A stretch of DNA of 64,000 nucleotides from an uncultured Acidimicrobiaceae bacterium (GTDB taxonomy: Bacteria; Actinomycetota; Acidimicrobiia; Acidimicrobiales; Bog-793), in assembly GCA_963807575.1 (NCBI GenBank), contig CAWECD010000020.1:135037-199036 (forward strand), read 5' to 3'. The notes beneath the pieces were generated by a model. That model saw only the letters and a program-made list of their open reading frames with translations. It was not told the DNA's origin and did not search any database. The translations under genes and the position numbers were made by a program. The stretch's first letter is position 1, and every line of letters begins with the position of its first letter. Of the stretch, positions 55,148 through 64,000 are shown in pieces.

Positions 55148-56392
55148 TCAGCTCCTAGGAGCCAGTGCCTCGGTCGCGATACTCACCAGTTGCTTGGCTG
55201 GCATTGACCAGCCAATGACCGTCACGAGCTGGTACTTCCCATCGCTCGCACGGACTCGAACATAGACGACGGTCCCCGGAATGACCGTATGCAACGCCCG
55301 GTTCGGTGCCGACACGCCGCTCGGACCAGACGCTCGGCACTGCACGACCGTGTTGGGCTGCCCCGATGCTCCGCTCTGCTCTGAGGCTCCGTGCACGACC
55401 GTGTTGGTCGGCCCTGAGGTTCCGCTCATGCCGGAAGCCCCGCTGGGTCCTGAAGGCCCACTCACCCCAGACCCCCCACTGACGCCCGAAGCGTCACTAG
55501 GTGCTGGCGCCCCACTCACGCCAGACGCCCCACTCACGCCGGAAGCCCCGCTGGGCGGGCTACCACATGCCACCTGAGTCCAGTTCGGCCCTTGCCCTTG
55601 TTTGGTTTTGAATTGAGAATTCCACACCGCGACGTGAATCGGCACGACCTCCGCATAGAACCCGTCGATCGAGGTGGGTGAGCCACCTTGTTTGGCAGGG
55701 ACGAATGGCGTGGTGCTTGAGACTCCGACCGGCAACGTGTAAGGGGCACTCTTCGACGCCTGGATGCAGGCTTGCTTTTCGTTCGGCCCCTTGACGAGGT
55801 CACCCATTCCTTGGAGCAGCAACTGGCCACGACCTGGTCGGTTGACGGTCTTGATAACTCCGGCCGGCGTAGTTTCTCCCGCCGGCCCCGATGCCTTCAA
55901 CCCACCTAGCGTCTTAGCGATGTCTACGGGCACCCGGATATTGATCGACACGGTCCACGGACGACACGACGAGCCTGACATTCTGACGAGGCGGAACCCA
56001 TCCGGAAGCACGACTAAGCGGCCGAGGACGCTGGCGCTCGCACCGGTGACCTCGATGTTCGGCCCAAACGCGAACGTGAGACCAAAGGCACCGAGACCAA
56101 CGACGACGAGAGCGGCCACTGATCCCAAGCGGGCGCGGCGGCTGGCCGCGATACGGCGCCGGCCGCGCTCCCCGGCCGGCGAGCGCTCGATCGAGGCGCG
56201 TACCTCGTCGATCAACTGAGGTGAGGGCTCCGCAGTGCTGACGGCGACAGCGACAGCTTCAGAGATCCGATCCCATTGGCGGACTTGAGCCTGGCAACTC
56301 GGGCAGTTTGCCAGGTGCTCCTCGTCTCGCGAGGCACCCTCCAGGCCTCGGATCAGATCCTCCAGGCTCAGATGCGGTGATTCGTCGTTCAT
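55148..56392 (-). CDS. Anti-sigma factor (zf-HC2) with a single TM and a repeat-containing extracytoplasmic domain
   Basis: HLANCPSCQAQVRQW zinc-finger motif and a TM at about aa 91-110. ATGA overlap with the ECF sigma gene stop. Confidence 0.8.
   Translation of the reverse strand: MNDESPHLSLEDLIRGLEGASRDEEHLANCPSCQAQVRQWDRISEAVAVAVSTAEPSPQLIDEVRASIERSPAGERGRRRIAASRRARLGSVAALVVVGLGAFGLTFAFGPNIEVTGASASVLGRLVVLPDGFRLVRMSGSSCRPWTVSINIRVPVDIAKTLGGLKASGPAGETTPAGVIKTVNRPGRGQLLLQGMGDLVKGPNEKQACIQASKSAPYTLPVGVSSTTPFVPAKQGGSPTSIDGFYAEVVPIHVAVWNSQFKTKQGQGPNWTQVACGSPPSGASGVSGASGVSGAPAPSDASGVSGGSGVSGPSGPSGASGMSGTSGPTNTVVHGASEQSGASGQPNTVVQCRASGPSGVSAPNRALHTVIPGTVVYVRVRASDGKYQLVTVIGWSMPAKQLVSIATEALAPRS
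55307..55561 (-). repeat. In-frame tandem repeats encoding Gly/Ser-rich hexapeptides inside the anti-sigma gene
   Basis: An 18-nt unit (GCCCCACTCACGCCAGAC / GCCCCACTCACGCCGGAA and variants) encodes SGASGV-type repeats (aa 278-330). A duplicated PNTVV(H/Q) segment follows. Confidence 0.65.
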
Positions 56393-56946
56393 CGGTCATA
56401 TCCTTTCTCACGCAACTTTTCTGATAGGGCGGTTCGGGCAGCATTCAGGCGGCTCTTCACCGTCCCTTCTGGGATCTCGAGGATGTCGGCTACTTCTGCA
56501 AACGTCAGGCCGGCACCGAAGACGAGACCGAGGACTTCTCGGTGCCTTAGACGAAGCATGGTCACGGCAGTGGCAACGTCGGCCAACTCGGCACGATTGA
56601 GCGCGAGCAGTTCGGGACCCGGCGCTTTGTCGGGATGCTCAGCCAGGACCTCGTCGTCCATGGCGGCTGGCCGGTGTCGCCGCAAGCGATCGCGTGCCTG
56701 CCTTCGCGCGATGGCGATCGCCCACGAACGGACTTTGGAGTCTCCACGGAAGCCCGATGCACCGTGCCAGACTGCGATCATCGTGTCCTGCAGAATCTCC
56801 TCGCTCACACCTCGATCGTTGACGACTAGGAGAATTTGGCCGAAAAGGACGTGACTGTGACGTCGATACAGTGCTGCAAGGGCGTCCCGATCACCATTCG
56901 CGATCTGACGCACGAGTTGGAGGTCCTCGAGCTCGGAGTGATCCAT
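56389..56946 (-). CDS. ECF-type RNA polymerase sigma factor
   Basis: Region 2 (DALAALYRRHSHVLFGQILLVV...EEILQDTMIAVW) and region 4 (LRHREVLGLVFGAGLTFAEVADILEIPEGTVKSRL). ATG 56946. Confidence 0.9.
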   Translation of the reverse strand: MDHSELEDLQLVRQIANGDRDALAALYRRHSHVLFGQILLVVNDRGVSEEILQDTMIAVWHGASGFRGDSKVRSWAIAIARRQARDRLRRHRPAAMDDEVLAEHPDKAPGPELLALNRAELADVATAVTMLRLRHREVLGLVFGAGLTFAEVADILEIPEGTVKSRLNAARTALSEKLREKGYDR

Positions 56947-57434
56947 TACCTCCGCTTCCGTCGGTCGGAGAACTGTCAGACGTAGAGGTGCCGTTCCGCT
57001 GAGGACTGGATCCACGGTCAGGAAACGAGTCTCGGACGCAGCTGCCACACATAGTTAGTAGCAACGAGAGGCTCAATGGTTCGCGAAATCTTGTGAGCCG
57101 GGCGAGATGGTGGCCGGGCGAACGTGCTCTCGTCAATCGCACGACGGCAATTCACGACCACGCCGAACAGCTGGCCAAAACGAGTCGCGAGCGATTCGAT
57201 TCGTTTGGTCATCAGAGGAAAGTGTCGCATGGGGGAGCGCCCTGAAAACCGCGCAGGTTCATGAGGGCGTGCTTGGTCTGTTGTCGCCCTTCCGCCCAGC
57301 CCCTCGCCGCCGTCCGTGCGTTCCGTGCGTTCGCCCTGGTCGGGGATCACCCTTGTAACCACTCCGCTGTGGCTATGGCGTACAGAAGGCCGCCCCGAAC
57401 GACCAGGCGCGTCGCCTGGTGGGGCCGCACCTAA

Positions 57435-57463
57435 CGAGGCCCCTTGTTCGTCCTGGCCCGCTC
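57435..57463 (+). repeat. Interspersed intergenic repeat, copy D (left block)
   Basis: CGAGGCCcCTTGTTCGTCCTGGCCCGCTC is 28/29 identical to 48184-48212. Confidence 0.7.
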
Positions 57464-57658
57464 CGAGCGCCGGTTCCGTTTCCGGCTGCGCCCGCCGAAG
57501 CGAGAGATCAGCACGTCATTATGAACACACGCTTATCCCCACGCGCGAGTGCCTTCGTTCTGAGTCGACGTGCTACGTGCGCCAAACTCGGGGCATCAAG
57601 AGAGACGAACTTGCCCAGCTCCTAGAGAACCGTCTTGCGAGGATCGTTCCTTACGGTT

Positions 57659-58315
57659 CTACGACTCGAGGAACCGCAGCACCGCGAGCACGCGTCGATG
57701 CTGCGCCTGCGACACCGGCAGGTCGAGCTTGGTGAAGATGTTGGTCACGTGCTTTTCGACCGCTCCCTCGGAGATCACGAGCGCACTCGCGATCCCTGCA
57801 TTCGAACGGCCCTCCGCCATGAGCGAGAGCACCTGCCGCTCCCGCTCGCTGAGCCGAGCGAGCGACTCCCGCTTGCGCGAGGCGCCCACCATCTGGGTGA
57901 CCACCTCGGGGTCGAGCGCCGTGCCGCCAGAGGCGACCCGCACCAGCGCTTCCACAAAGTCGCTGGTGTCAGCGACGCGGTCCTTCAGGAGGTAGCCGAT
58001 GCCCGCCGCGTCGCGCGCCAAGAGCTGGGCCGCGTAACGGGTCTCGACGTACTGCGAGAAGAGCAGGATCCCGAGCTTCGGATACCGCTCGCGCAGCCCG
58101 ATCGCGGCCCGCAGCCCCTCGTCTGTGAACGTCGGCGGCATCCGGATGTCGACCACTGCCACGTCAGGGCATTCCCTCTCGACGGCCTCCTCGAGTTCGT
58201 CCGCGGTGCCGACTGCGTCGGTGATCACGAACCCGCGATCGGCCAGCAGCTGCACGAGCCCGTCCCGCAAGACTGCCGAGTCCTCGGCAATGGCGACCCG
58301 GATGGTGTCGCTCAT
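57659..58315 (-). CDS. NarL/LuxR-family response regulator
   Basis: Receiver domain (IRVAIAEDSAVLRDG...DVAVVDIRMPP) plus a LuxR HTH (LSERERQVLSLMAEGRSNAGIASALVISEGAVEKHV). Confidence 0.9.
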   Translation of the reverse strand: MSDTIRVAIAEDSAVLRDGLVQLLADRGFVITDAVGTADELEEAVERECPDVAVVDIRMPPTFTDEGLRAAIGLRERYPKLGILLFSQYVETRYAAQLLARDAAGIGYLLKDRVADTSDFVEALVRVASGGTALDPEVVTQMVGASRKRESLARLSERERQVLSLMAEGRSNAGIASALVISEGAVEKHVTNIFTKLDLPVSQAQHRRVLAVLRFLES

Positions 58316-59718
58316 GCGTGCAGCGGGAGGTCAACGGTGACGACAGTGGGACCACCAGGCGGGCTCACGACGTCGAGGTGGCCGTCCACCGCCTGCACGC
58401 GTTCGCCAAGGCCGGCGAGACCGCTCGACGAGGATCCGACGAGGACGGAATGGGCGCCACCCCGCCCGTCGTCCCGCACCACGACGCGCAGCCACGCCCC
58501 ATGCTGGACGCAGCTCACGCTCGCCTTGGAGGCCTGTGAGTGCTGGGTGACGTTGGCAAGCAGCTCGGCGACGCAGAAGTACGCGATCGCCTCGATCGCC
58601 GGCGTCGGGCGGTCCTGCAGCGTGACAGTGACATCGGTGGGCACCGCGCTGCGCGCGGCCAGCGTCGACAGCGCGCCCTCGAGGCCGACGTCGAGCACGG
58701 GCGGGTGGATGCCCCTGGCGAGGTCTCGCAGCTCCACGATCGCCTCCTTAGCGCCGCGGTGCGCGTCGTCCACCAGGCGGCGCACCTGGTCGAGATCGAT
58801 GTCCCCGCCGGCGGCGAGCTTCTCCTTTGCCTGGCCGAGGCGCATCGCGACGGCAACGAGTTGTGCCTGCGTCCCGTCGTGGAGGTCTCGCTCAATGCGG
58901 CGGAGGGTGGCGGCAGAGGCGTCCACCGTGCGCGTCCGCGCCTGTTCCAGCGTACGCATCCTCGTCGTGACGGCGTCGGGCGACAGGAGCGCGCGCATGA
59001 GGCGGCGGTCGACGAAGACGACAAGCCGCATTGTCCAGGGGGCGATGAAGAACAGCAGCACCCCGGTTACGAAGATGAAGAGGCCGTGCCAAAAGCCGTT
59101 GCTCCCGACGGAGAAGTAGCCCGGCGGGAAGAGATTGCGGACAAAGCCGAACTCCCCCGGGCTGCTGGTGCGGTGCGCGCCCCAGATCGGGTACGTCAGG
59201 CAGGTGAACGCCGCCAGCCAAGTGCTGAGGGCGAACCAGACACCGAAAGCGACAAGCGGGGCCTTGGCCAACGTGTAGACGACGGCCCGCCAACTCGTGC
59301 GGTCACGGAGCGCGGACTGGAGCCAGCCGAAGAATCCCGGTCGGGCCACGAACGGCTCGGGTTCCTCGATGTCGGTGTCGAGCAGGCTGCGGGCGAGCCC
59401 CCGGTGCCACCCGCCGATGCCTCTCGCGCCGCGCAGCGACGCCGCGAACACGACGAGGCCGACGAACGTGACAACGAGCGCCGTCCCGGCCGCCATTGTC
59501 AGCACGATGAACGCCCCACCGACCACCTGGAGCAGCGCCGAGAGGACGAAGAAGAGGAGTTCGCTCCAGGTTCGCCGCGTGAGCGGTGCCCTTGCGACAG
59601 TGGTCGCTGTCTGATGCAGCTGGTCGAGGCGGGCCTGCGGGACGACGAATTCCCGCTCCCGTCCGCGAGTTCGTAGGTGTAAACGCAACCCGGATTCCTC
59701 GACATCGGCCCGCATCAT
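58312..59718 (-). CDS. Sensor histidine kinase (HisKA_3 type) with a multi-TM N-terminal sensor region
   Basis: H-box LRRIERDLHDGTQAQLVAV and an ATPase region (ELLANVTQHS...DDGRGGA). ATGA overlap with the regulator gene. Start is ATG-ATG at 59718. Confidence 0.85.
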   Translation of the reverse strand: MMRADVEESGLRLHLRTRGREREFVVPQARLDQLHQTATTVARAPLTRRTWSELLFFVLSALLQVVGGAFIVLTMAAGTALVVTFVGLVVFAASLRGARGIGGWHRGLARSLLDTDIEEPEPFVARPGFFGWLQSALRDRTSWRAVVYTLAKAPLVAFGVWFALSTWLAAFTCLTYPIWGAHRTSSPGEFGFVRNLFPPGYFSVGSNGFWHGLFIFVTGVLLFFIAPWTMRLVVFVDRRLMRALLSPDAVTTRMRTLEQARTRTVDASAATLRRIERDLHDGTQAQLVAVAMRLGQAKEKLAAGGDIDLDQVRRLVDDAHRGAKEAIVELRDLARGIHPPVLDVGLEGALSTLAARSAVPTDVTVTLQDRPTPAIEAIAYFCVAELLANVTQHSQASKASVSCVQHGAWLRVVVRDDGRGGAHSVLVGSSSSGLAGLGERVQAVDGHLDVVSPPGGPTVVTVDLPLHA

Positions 59719-60228
59719 GTTGAACACGTTACGGGAGCGGGCTGATCCTGAGAATGGCGCTAGCCGGCCTCTCCGAGAGGGGGACAACCCCCGTCGCGGG
59801 GTCCCCCCGCCGTTGGAGCCGCAATCATGATCGCCGACGTGTACGAACGGACCGGACGAACTCGCCGGATCCCCGCGCCCGAACGTGAGCACATAACTTC
59901 GATCTTCGTGCCGCCGTTCCGCCCCGATCGACTGTGATGCGTGCGCCCTATCGCCGATATTTGGCGGCGTCTCAGCGGCCGGCTGTGCGATCTGATCGAT
60001 GTTCTGTCACGGTTTTGACCTGCTCGTCCCCTAGACGGAGCATTGGAGCCTCGGGAACTACGCGACCTGGCACTTGAGACCGATGCGCTCGAAACTTGCC
60101 CTCGCTACGGTCAATCAACGTCCTCCGATCCACTCGACCGACGTCCGACCCCGACCCCGAATGCTCGCAGGTCTCAGCACACGCCAGGCTGGCTAGGGCT
60201 CGGGTCCAACGAGTTGGCCGTTACCGGA

Positions 60229-61359
60229 TCATGCGTCTCGCCGGACGAGAAGCACCGCGCCGATCCCGAGTAACACGGCCGTATAGCCAATAAGAATCAG
60301 CAATCCGACCCATGGGGAGAAGGCATTGGGAAAGCTGTTCGCTGGTCCGTTGATGATCTGGGCGCCGATGCGGTCCGGGAGGAACCGCCGCAGGTCGAGG
60401 CTGAGCGAAGTGGGCAGAGCTTGGACGATGATTGGCAGGACCAGGAGGACGCCGACGAACGCGCTGATCGCCCCAGCGGTGTGGCGGATGATCGTCGCCA
60501 GTCCAAGCGAGAAGAGCCCGAGCACGCAGACGTAGAGGCCACTACCGACGACCGCTCGCCACGCGCCGGGGCTCCCGAGAGTGGCGTGACGCGCAGGCGC
60601 GGTCAGCAGCGCTTGACCGATGAAAAAGGCGAGGAACGAGACGACTTCGGCGACGACGAGGGCGACCACGCCGAAGACGATCACCTTCGCCATGAGCACA
60701 AGCGTTCTGCGCGGCGCTGCCGAGAGCGTCGCGCGGATGGTGCCTGTTCCGTACTCAGCGCTCATCACGAGCACTCCGAGCACTCCGATCGCGAACTGGC
60801 TGACTATGACACCGATGAGACTTGTGCTGATCGGATCGAACCCCTGTTGGCTACTGAGCCAGTGGGCCCGAGTCTCCGCGGTCGCGAGCGCCGAGATGCC
60901 GATGCCGAGTACCACGGTGACCCCGAGGGTCCACATAGTCGATCGGACTGTGCGCAATTTCGTCCACTCCGAGCGAAGCAGACCCGAGATGCCGTAGCGC
61001 CCCGGTGGCATCGCCTTGCCAATGGTGGCGATCGCTTCCTCGGCGCCCTTCGAGGCCGAGAGACGGTGACCACTGCGCTCCGTCGCACTGATGGTCGGTT
61101 GGGGAGTTCTGCTAGAGCTGGCGGCGGCGAGCTGCCCATCGGTTGGAGCCCGCAGTGGATCGTGACGTGTCCGGGGCGACGGCGCGTCGCTGAGTGGACG
61201 ACGGTCGCGGTGTCGCTGCATGGCAACCACCCCACCCCCGATGAGCAAGACGAGCACAAGGATGGGGAGCCCGAGATGCACCCCCACGTGGTGTTGGCGG
61301 ACCACGGCCGCGAGGAGGATCGCCCGGCCGGAGCTCGCAACGATCGACGACGCGCTCAT
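60229..61359 (-). CDS. ABC-2 type transporter permease with a ~125-aa N-terminal extension
   Basis: ATGA overlap with the ATPase stop (61356-61359) supports the long form. The canonical permease part begins at GLLRSEWTKLRTVRS. The extension contains one TM (LGLPILVLVLLIGGGVVAM). Confidence 0.75.
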   Translation of the reverse strand: MSASSIVASSGRAILLAAVVRQHHVGVHLGLPILVLVLLIGGGVVAMQRHRDRRPLSDAPSPRTRHDPLRAPTDGQLAAASSSRTPQPTISATERSGHRLSASKGAEEAIATIGKAMPPGRYGISGLLRSEWTKLRTVRSTMWTLGVTVVLGIGISALATAETRAHWLSSQQGFDPISTSLIGVIVSQFAIGVLGVLVMSAEYGTGTIRATLSAAPRRTLVLMAKVIVFGVVALVVAEVVSFLAFFIGQALLTAPARHATLGSPGAWRAVVGSGLYVCVLGLFSLGLATIIRHTAGAISAFVGVLLVLPIIVQALPTSLSLDLRRFLPDRIGAQIINGPANSFPNAFSPWVGLLILIGYTAVLLGIGAVLLVRRDA

Positions 61360-62297
61360 CGGTCATTCCGAATCGATGACGTTGCGTTTGCGGTCGCCGC
61401 GCCGTGGTATTCGACGCTCTCCTCGGTGAGCTCCATGAACGCGTCTTCGAGTGATCCGGACTGCGGCGAGAGCTCGTGGAGGACAACCGGGATCCTCGCG
61501 GCGAGCTCGCCGATCTCGACCTCGTCGATGCCCCGGACCAAGAGCGAGCCGTCCTCTTGCACCACGGCGGTAGCACCCTCGGCCGCGAGCGCGGCACGGA
61601 GCTTGTCGATCTCCGGAGAGCGGACGCGGACGAAGCGCTGCGAGCTCTGATTGACGAGCTCGTCCACGGGGATCTGGGCGATGAGGCGGCCCCTGCCGAT
61701 GATGACGACCTCGTCCGCGGTGAGCGCCATCTCGCTCATGAGGTGGCTCGAGACGAAGACCGTCCGACCCTGGCGGGCGAGGCCCTTCAAGAGGTTGCGC
61801 ACCCAACGGATTCCGTCGGGGTCGAGCCCGTTCACCGGCTCGTCGAAGAGCAGCACCTCCGGATCGCCGAGGAGCGCCACGGCCATGCCGAGCCGCTGAC
61901 TCATGCCGAGAGAGAACCTGCCCGCCCGCTGGTCGGCGACCGAGGCGAGGCCCACGAGCTCGAGCAGCTCATCGACCCGAGAACGCCCGATGTGGTTGGT
62001 TTCGGCCAGCATCCGCAGGTGCGCCCGGGCGGAGCGCCCGGGATGGATCGATCTCGCCTCCAAGAGCGCGCCGACTTCGTGAAGGGGCCAGGGGAGGTCG
62101 TGGTAGTGACGCCCGTTCACGGTGACACCCCCCGCGTCCGGTGCGTCGAGCCCCATGATGATGCGCATCGTCGTGGACTTTCCCGAGCCGTTCGGTCCAA
62201 GGAAACCGGTGACGACACCCGCGCGTACGGTGAAGCTCAGCTGGTCCACGGCGAGCTTCTGGCCGTAGTGCTTGGTGAGTGCTTTGGCTTCGATCAT
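61356..62297 (-). CDS. ABC transporter ATP-binding protein
   Basis: Walker A GPNGSGKST, signature FSLGMSQRL, Walker B VLLFDEPV. Confidence 0.9.
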   Translation of the reverse strand: MIEAKALTKHYGQKLAVDQLSFTVRAGVVTGFLGPNGSGKSTTMRIIMGLDAPDAGGVTVNGRHYHDLPWPLHEVGALLEARSIHPGRSARAHLRMLAETNHIGRSRVDELLELVGLASVADQRAGRFSLGMSQRLGMAVALLGDPEVLLFDEPVNGLDPDGIRWVRNLLKGLARQGRTVFVSSHLMSEMALTADEVVIIGRGRLIAQIPVDELVNQSSQRFVRVRSPEIDKLRAALAAEGATAVVQEDGSLLVRGIDEVEIGELAARIPVVLHELSPQSGSLEDAFMELTEESVEYHGAATANATSSIRNDR

Positions 62298-62779
62298 CGG
62301 CGTCGTCCCGAGGTGGGAACGGACATTCCTGCTCCGGTCATGATCGGACGCCGCGACAGAGCTTGACGTCGGTCAGCGAAGCACCTGAAACAAGTCTGTG
62401 GGCACGGCGCGTTGAACTGGATCGATCTGCTTTTGTCCAGTCTCGCACGCCTGACGGGCTGCCGGGCGGTTGGTTCCCGAATCGCAAGTTCTGAGCTCTT
62501 GCTGGATGTCTCGGCGCCTACTCCGATTAGCGCGTATCGACGATTCCGGCTTTCACCCGGAAAAGAAGCTCCCGATCGCCGTTCCTGGCGCAATAATCAA
62601 GGACAACGAAGGTGTTTCGGCAGAACATTCGGTACGCCCGGTGCCGGCGTTTGGTGATGCGCCCTAGATCTGGGACCCAGTGGCTGGTTTTTTGGCCATG
62701 AACAGCGTCAGGTGGTGGCCGGGCAGGCCCCTACAGTGGGTGGCGACAGAGGGTCCTCGACGCGAAACAGGAGTTCCCC

Positions 62780-63346
62780 ATGACGACCCTGCCCGATCGG
62801 CCGAATACCGCGTTGCTCGTCATCGACGTCCAGAACGGGGTGGTGACGAACGCCTACAACCGCGACGCCGTGATCGCGAACATCGACTCACTTGTCGACA
62901 GGGCTCGAGGAGCGGAAGTGCCCGTCGTGTGGGTGCAGCACTCCGACGACCATCTCCCCCGGGACAGTGACGAATGGCAGTACGTGCCGGAACTGGTCCG
63001 ACGCGACTGGGAGCCTCTCGTCCACAAGAGCTACGGCGACTCATTTGAGGGCACGGAGTTGGAGGCGTTGCTCGCCGAGCGCCGGGTGGGTCGACTGATC
63101 GTCACCGGTGCCCAGACCGACGCATGCATCCGCTCGACCATACACGGGGCCTTTGTTCGCGGCTACGACGTGACGTTGGTCGGCGACGCCCACACGACGG
63201 AGGACCTCAGCGAGTACGGCGCGCCGCGCCCCGACAAGGTGATCGCGCACACCAATCTCTACTGGCAGGAACAGAGGGCGCCAGGACGCAGTGCCGCCAC
63301 CGTCGAAACGGCCGCGGTGAGTTTCGCACCCGACGGCGCGAGGTGA
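62780..63346 (+). CDS. Isochorismatase-family cysteine hydrolase
   Basis: ALLVIDVQNG near the N-terminus and LIVTGAQTDACIRST containing the catalytic Cys. Confidence 0.85.
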   Translation: MTTLPDRPNTALLVIDVQNGVVTNAYNRDAVIANIDSLVDRARGAEVPVVWVQHSDDHLPRDSDEWQYVPELVRRDWEPLVHKSYGDSFEGTELEALLAERRVGRLIVTGAQTDACIRSTIHGAFVRGYDVTLVGDAHTTEDLSEYGAPRPDKVIAHTNLYWQEQRAPGRSAATVETAAVSFAPDGAR

Positions 63347-63631
63347 GCCGTCCCGGCACTAGATGACTGGCCACTCAGTGTGACCGAGTAGGCCCACTGC
63401 CTGCCCCATCAACCAACCTGGTTTTCAAGTCGGGGCCAAGTTCGTGAAGTCGGCGCATAGGAGCGGCGGCCCCGAACGACCAGCTATGGGCAGCTGACCT
63501 CTCAACGCGGCTCGAATAGGCGGTGCGTAGGCGGAAGCCCCTATCGGGCTCTTGATCATCCGCTGTTGCGCTCGGGGTTGGACCAGTCTTGTCCTCGCGC
63601 AACACAGCAGGGCCCTAGCACGGGACGCACG

Positions 63632-63973
63632 TTAGAGGTCGATGACCTGAGCGACCACTACGGCAGCTTCGGCGATCAACTGATCCTGGTCCCAAGTAAA
63701 TACGCCTGATCGAAGTTCCTCGATGGTTGAGGACAACCACGTCGCTTCAGCGGCGACGAGCGAGCGCTGGTACTCGGTTTCGATCATCGCGATTCGCGGA
63801 ACTGCGCCGAATGCGGCAGGCAGCTGGCGGTCGAGTTCGCCGAGCTGTTCCCGGATCGACTTGAGGCGCTCTGCCAGGAGGTTGGCGAGTTCATCCGGAG
63901 TGAATCCCATTGCGAAGGAAAGCGCGGCTGGGAACTCGGGATACTCGTTGCGCGGGTTGCGCAGCATGTCCAC
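63632..63973 (-). CDS. Hypothetical protein; ORF may continue beyond the window end
   Basis: Track ORF (GTG 63973). The same frame has no stop up to nt 64000, so the true start may lie outside the window. No family recognised. Confidence 0.45.
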   Translation of the reverse strand: MDMLRNPRNEYPEFPAALSFAMGFTPDELANLLAERLKSIREQLGELDRQLPAAFGAVPRIAMIETEYQRSLVAAEATWLSSTIEELRSGVFTWDQDQLIAEAAVVVAQVIDL

Positions 63974-64000
63974 GAGCCACCTCTCCCCGACGGCGCGGCC

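Noticed and set aside
57018-57212. A possible 64-aa ORF (MTKRIESLATRFGQLFGVVVNCRR...) just upstream of the ECF sigma gene, in an A/T-richer stretch.
   Set aside because: No Shine-Dalgarno sequence before either candidate ATG and no family recognised. Left uncalled. Ribo-seq or conservation analysis could revive it.
59951-59975. GCCGATATTTGGCGGCGTC as a fifth copy of the GCCGAATATTTG repeat core.
   Set aside because: It needs two indels, and only about 17 of 24 positions match with no flanking similarity. Too weak to call by eye.

Overview
High-GC (judged by eye, not computed) bacterial chromosomal segment with Actinomycetota-like gene content and many ATGA/GTGA stop-start overlaps. Core metabolism includes pyruvate:ferredoxin oxidoreductase (8306-11959) with a dihydroorotate-dehydrogenase-like partner, PEP carboxylase (12818-15658), a 1-Cys peroxiredoxin and a sugar-isomerase-family gene. 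Most of the rest is eight ABC-2-type exporter modules, each paired with a different regulator or partner: a GNAT, a divergent SAM methyltransferase, PadR plus a DUF1048-like protein, two NarL-type two-component systems, GntR/YtrA and MarR. There is also an ECF sigma/anti-sigma pair. Accessory and mobile content: (1) an AbiE-like pair in inverted gene order (1890-3400); (2) a mosaic patch at 19.2-24.2 kb with an orphan AAA+ ATPase, an XRE regulator, an intact IS3-family element without target duplications and a frameshifted transposase remnant; (3) an integrase C-terminal remnant near 33.5 kb. The most interesting feature is a compact module of two tyrosine recombinases, a small coiled-coil protein and a divergent Cys-rich protein (37.7-41.35 kb). 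It is bounded by an exact 12-bp inverted repeat and nested in a 6.6-kb segment bracketed by ~109-nt imperfect direct repeats. Two further families of short intergenic repeats are unexplained (48.2/51.5/52.7/57.4 kb, and 23.96/24.9 kb). I found no rRNA, tRNA or CRISPR array. Everything beyond the supplied ORF track (start refinements, repeats, hairpins, alignments) was done by hand and needs computational confirmation.
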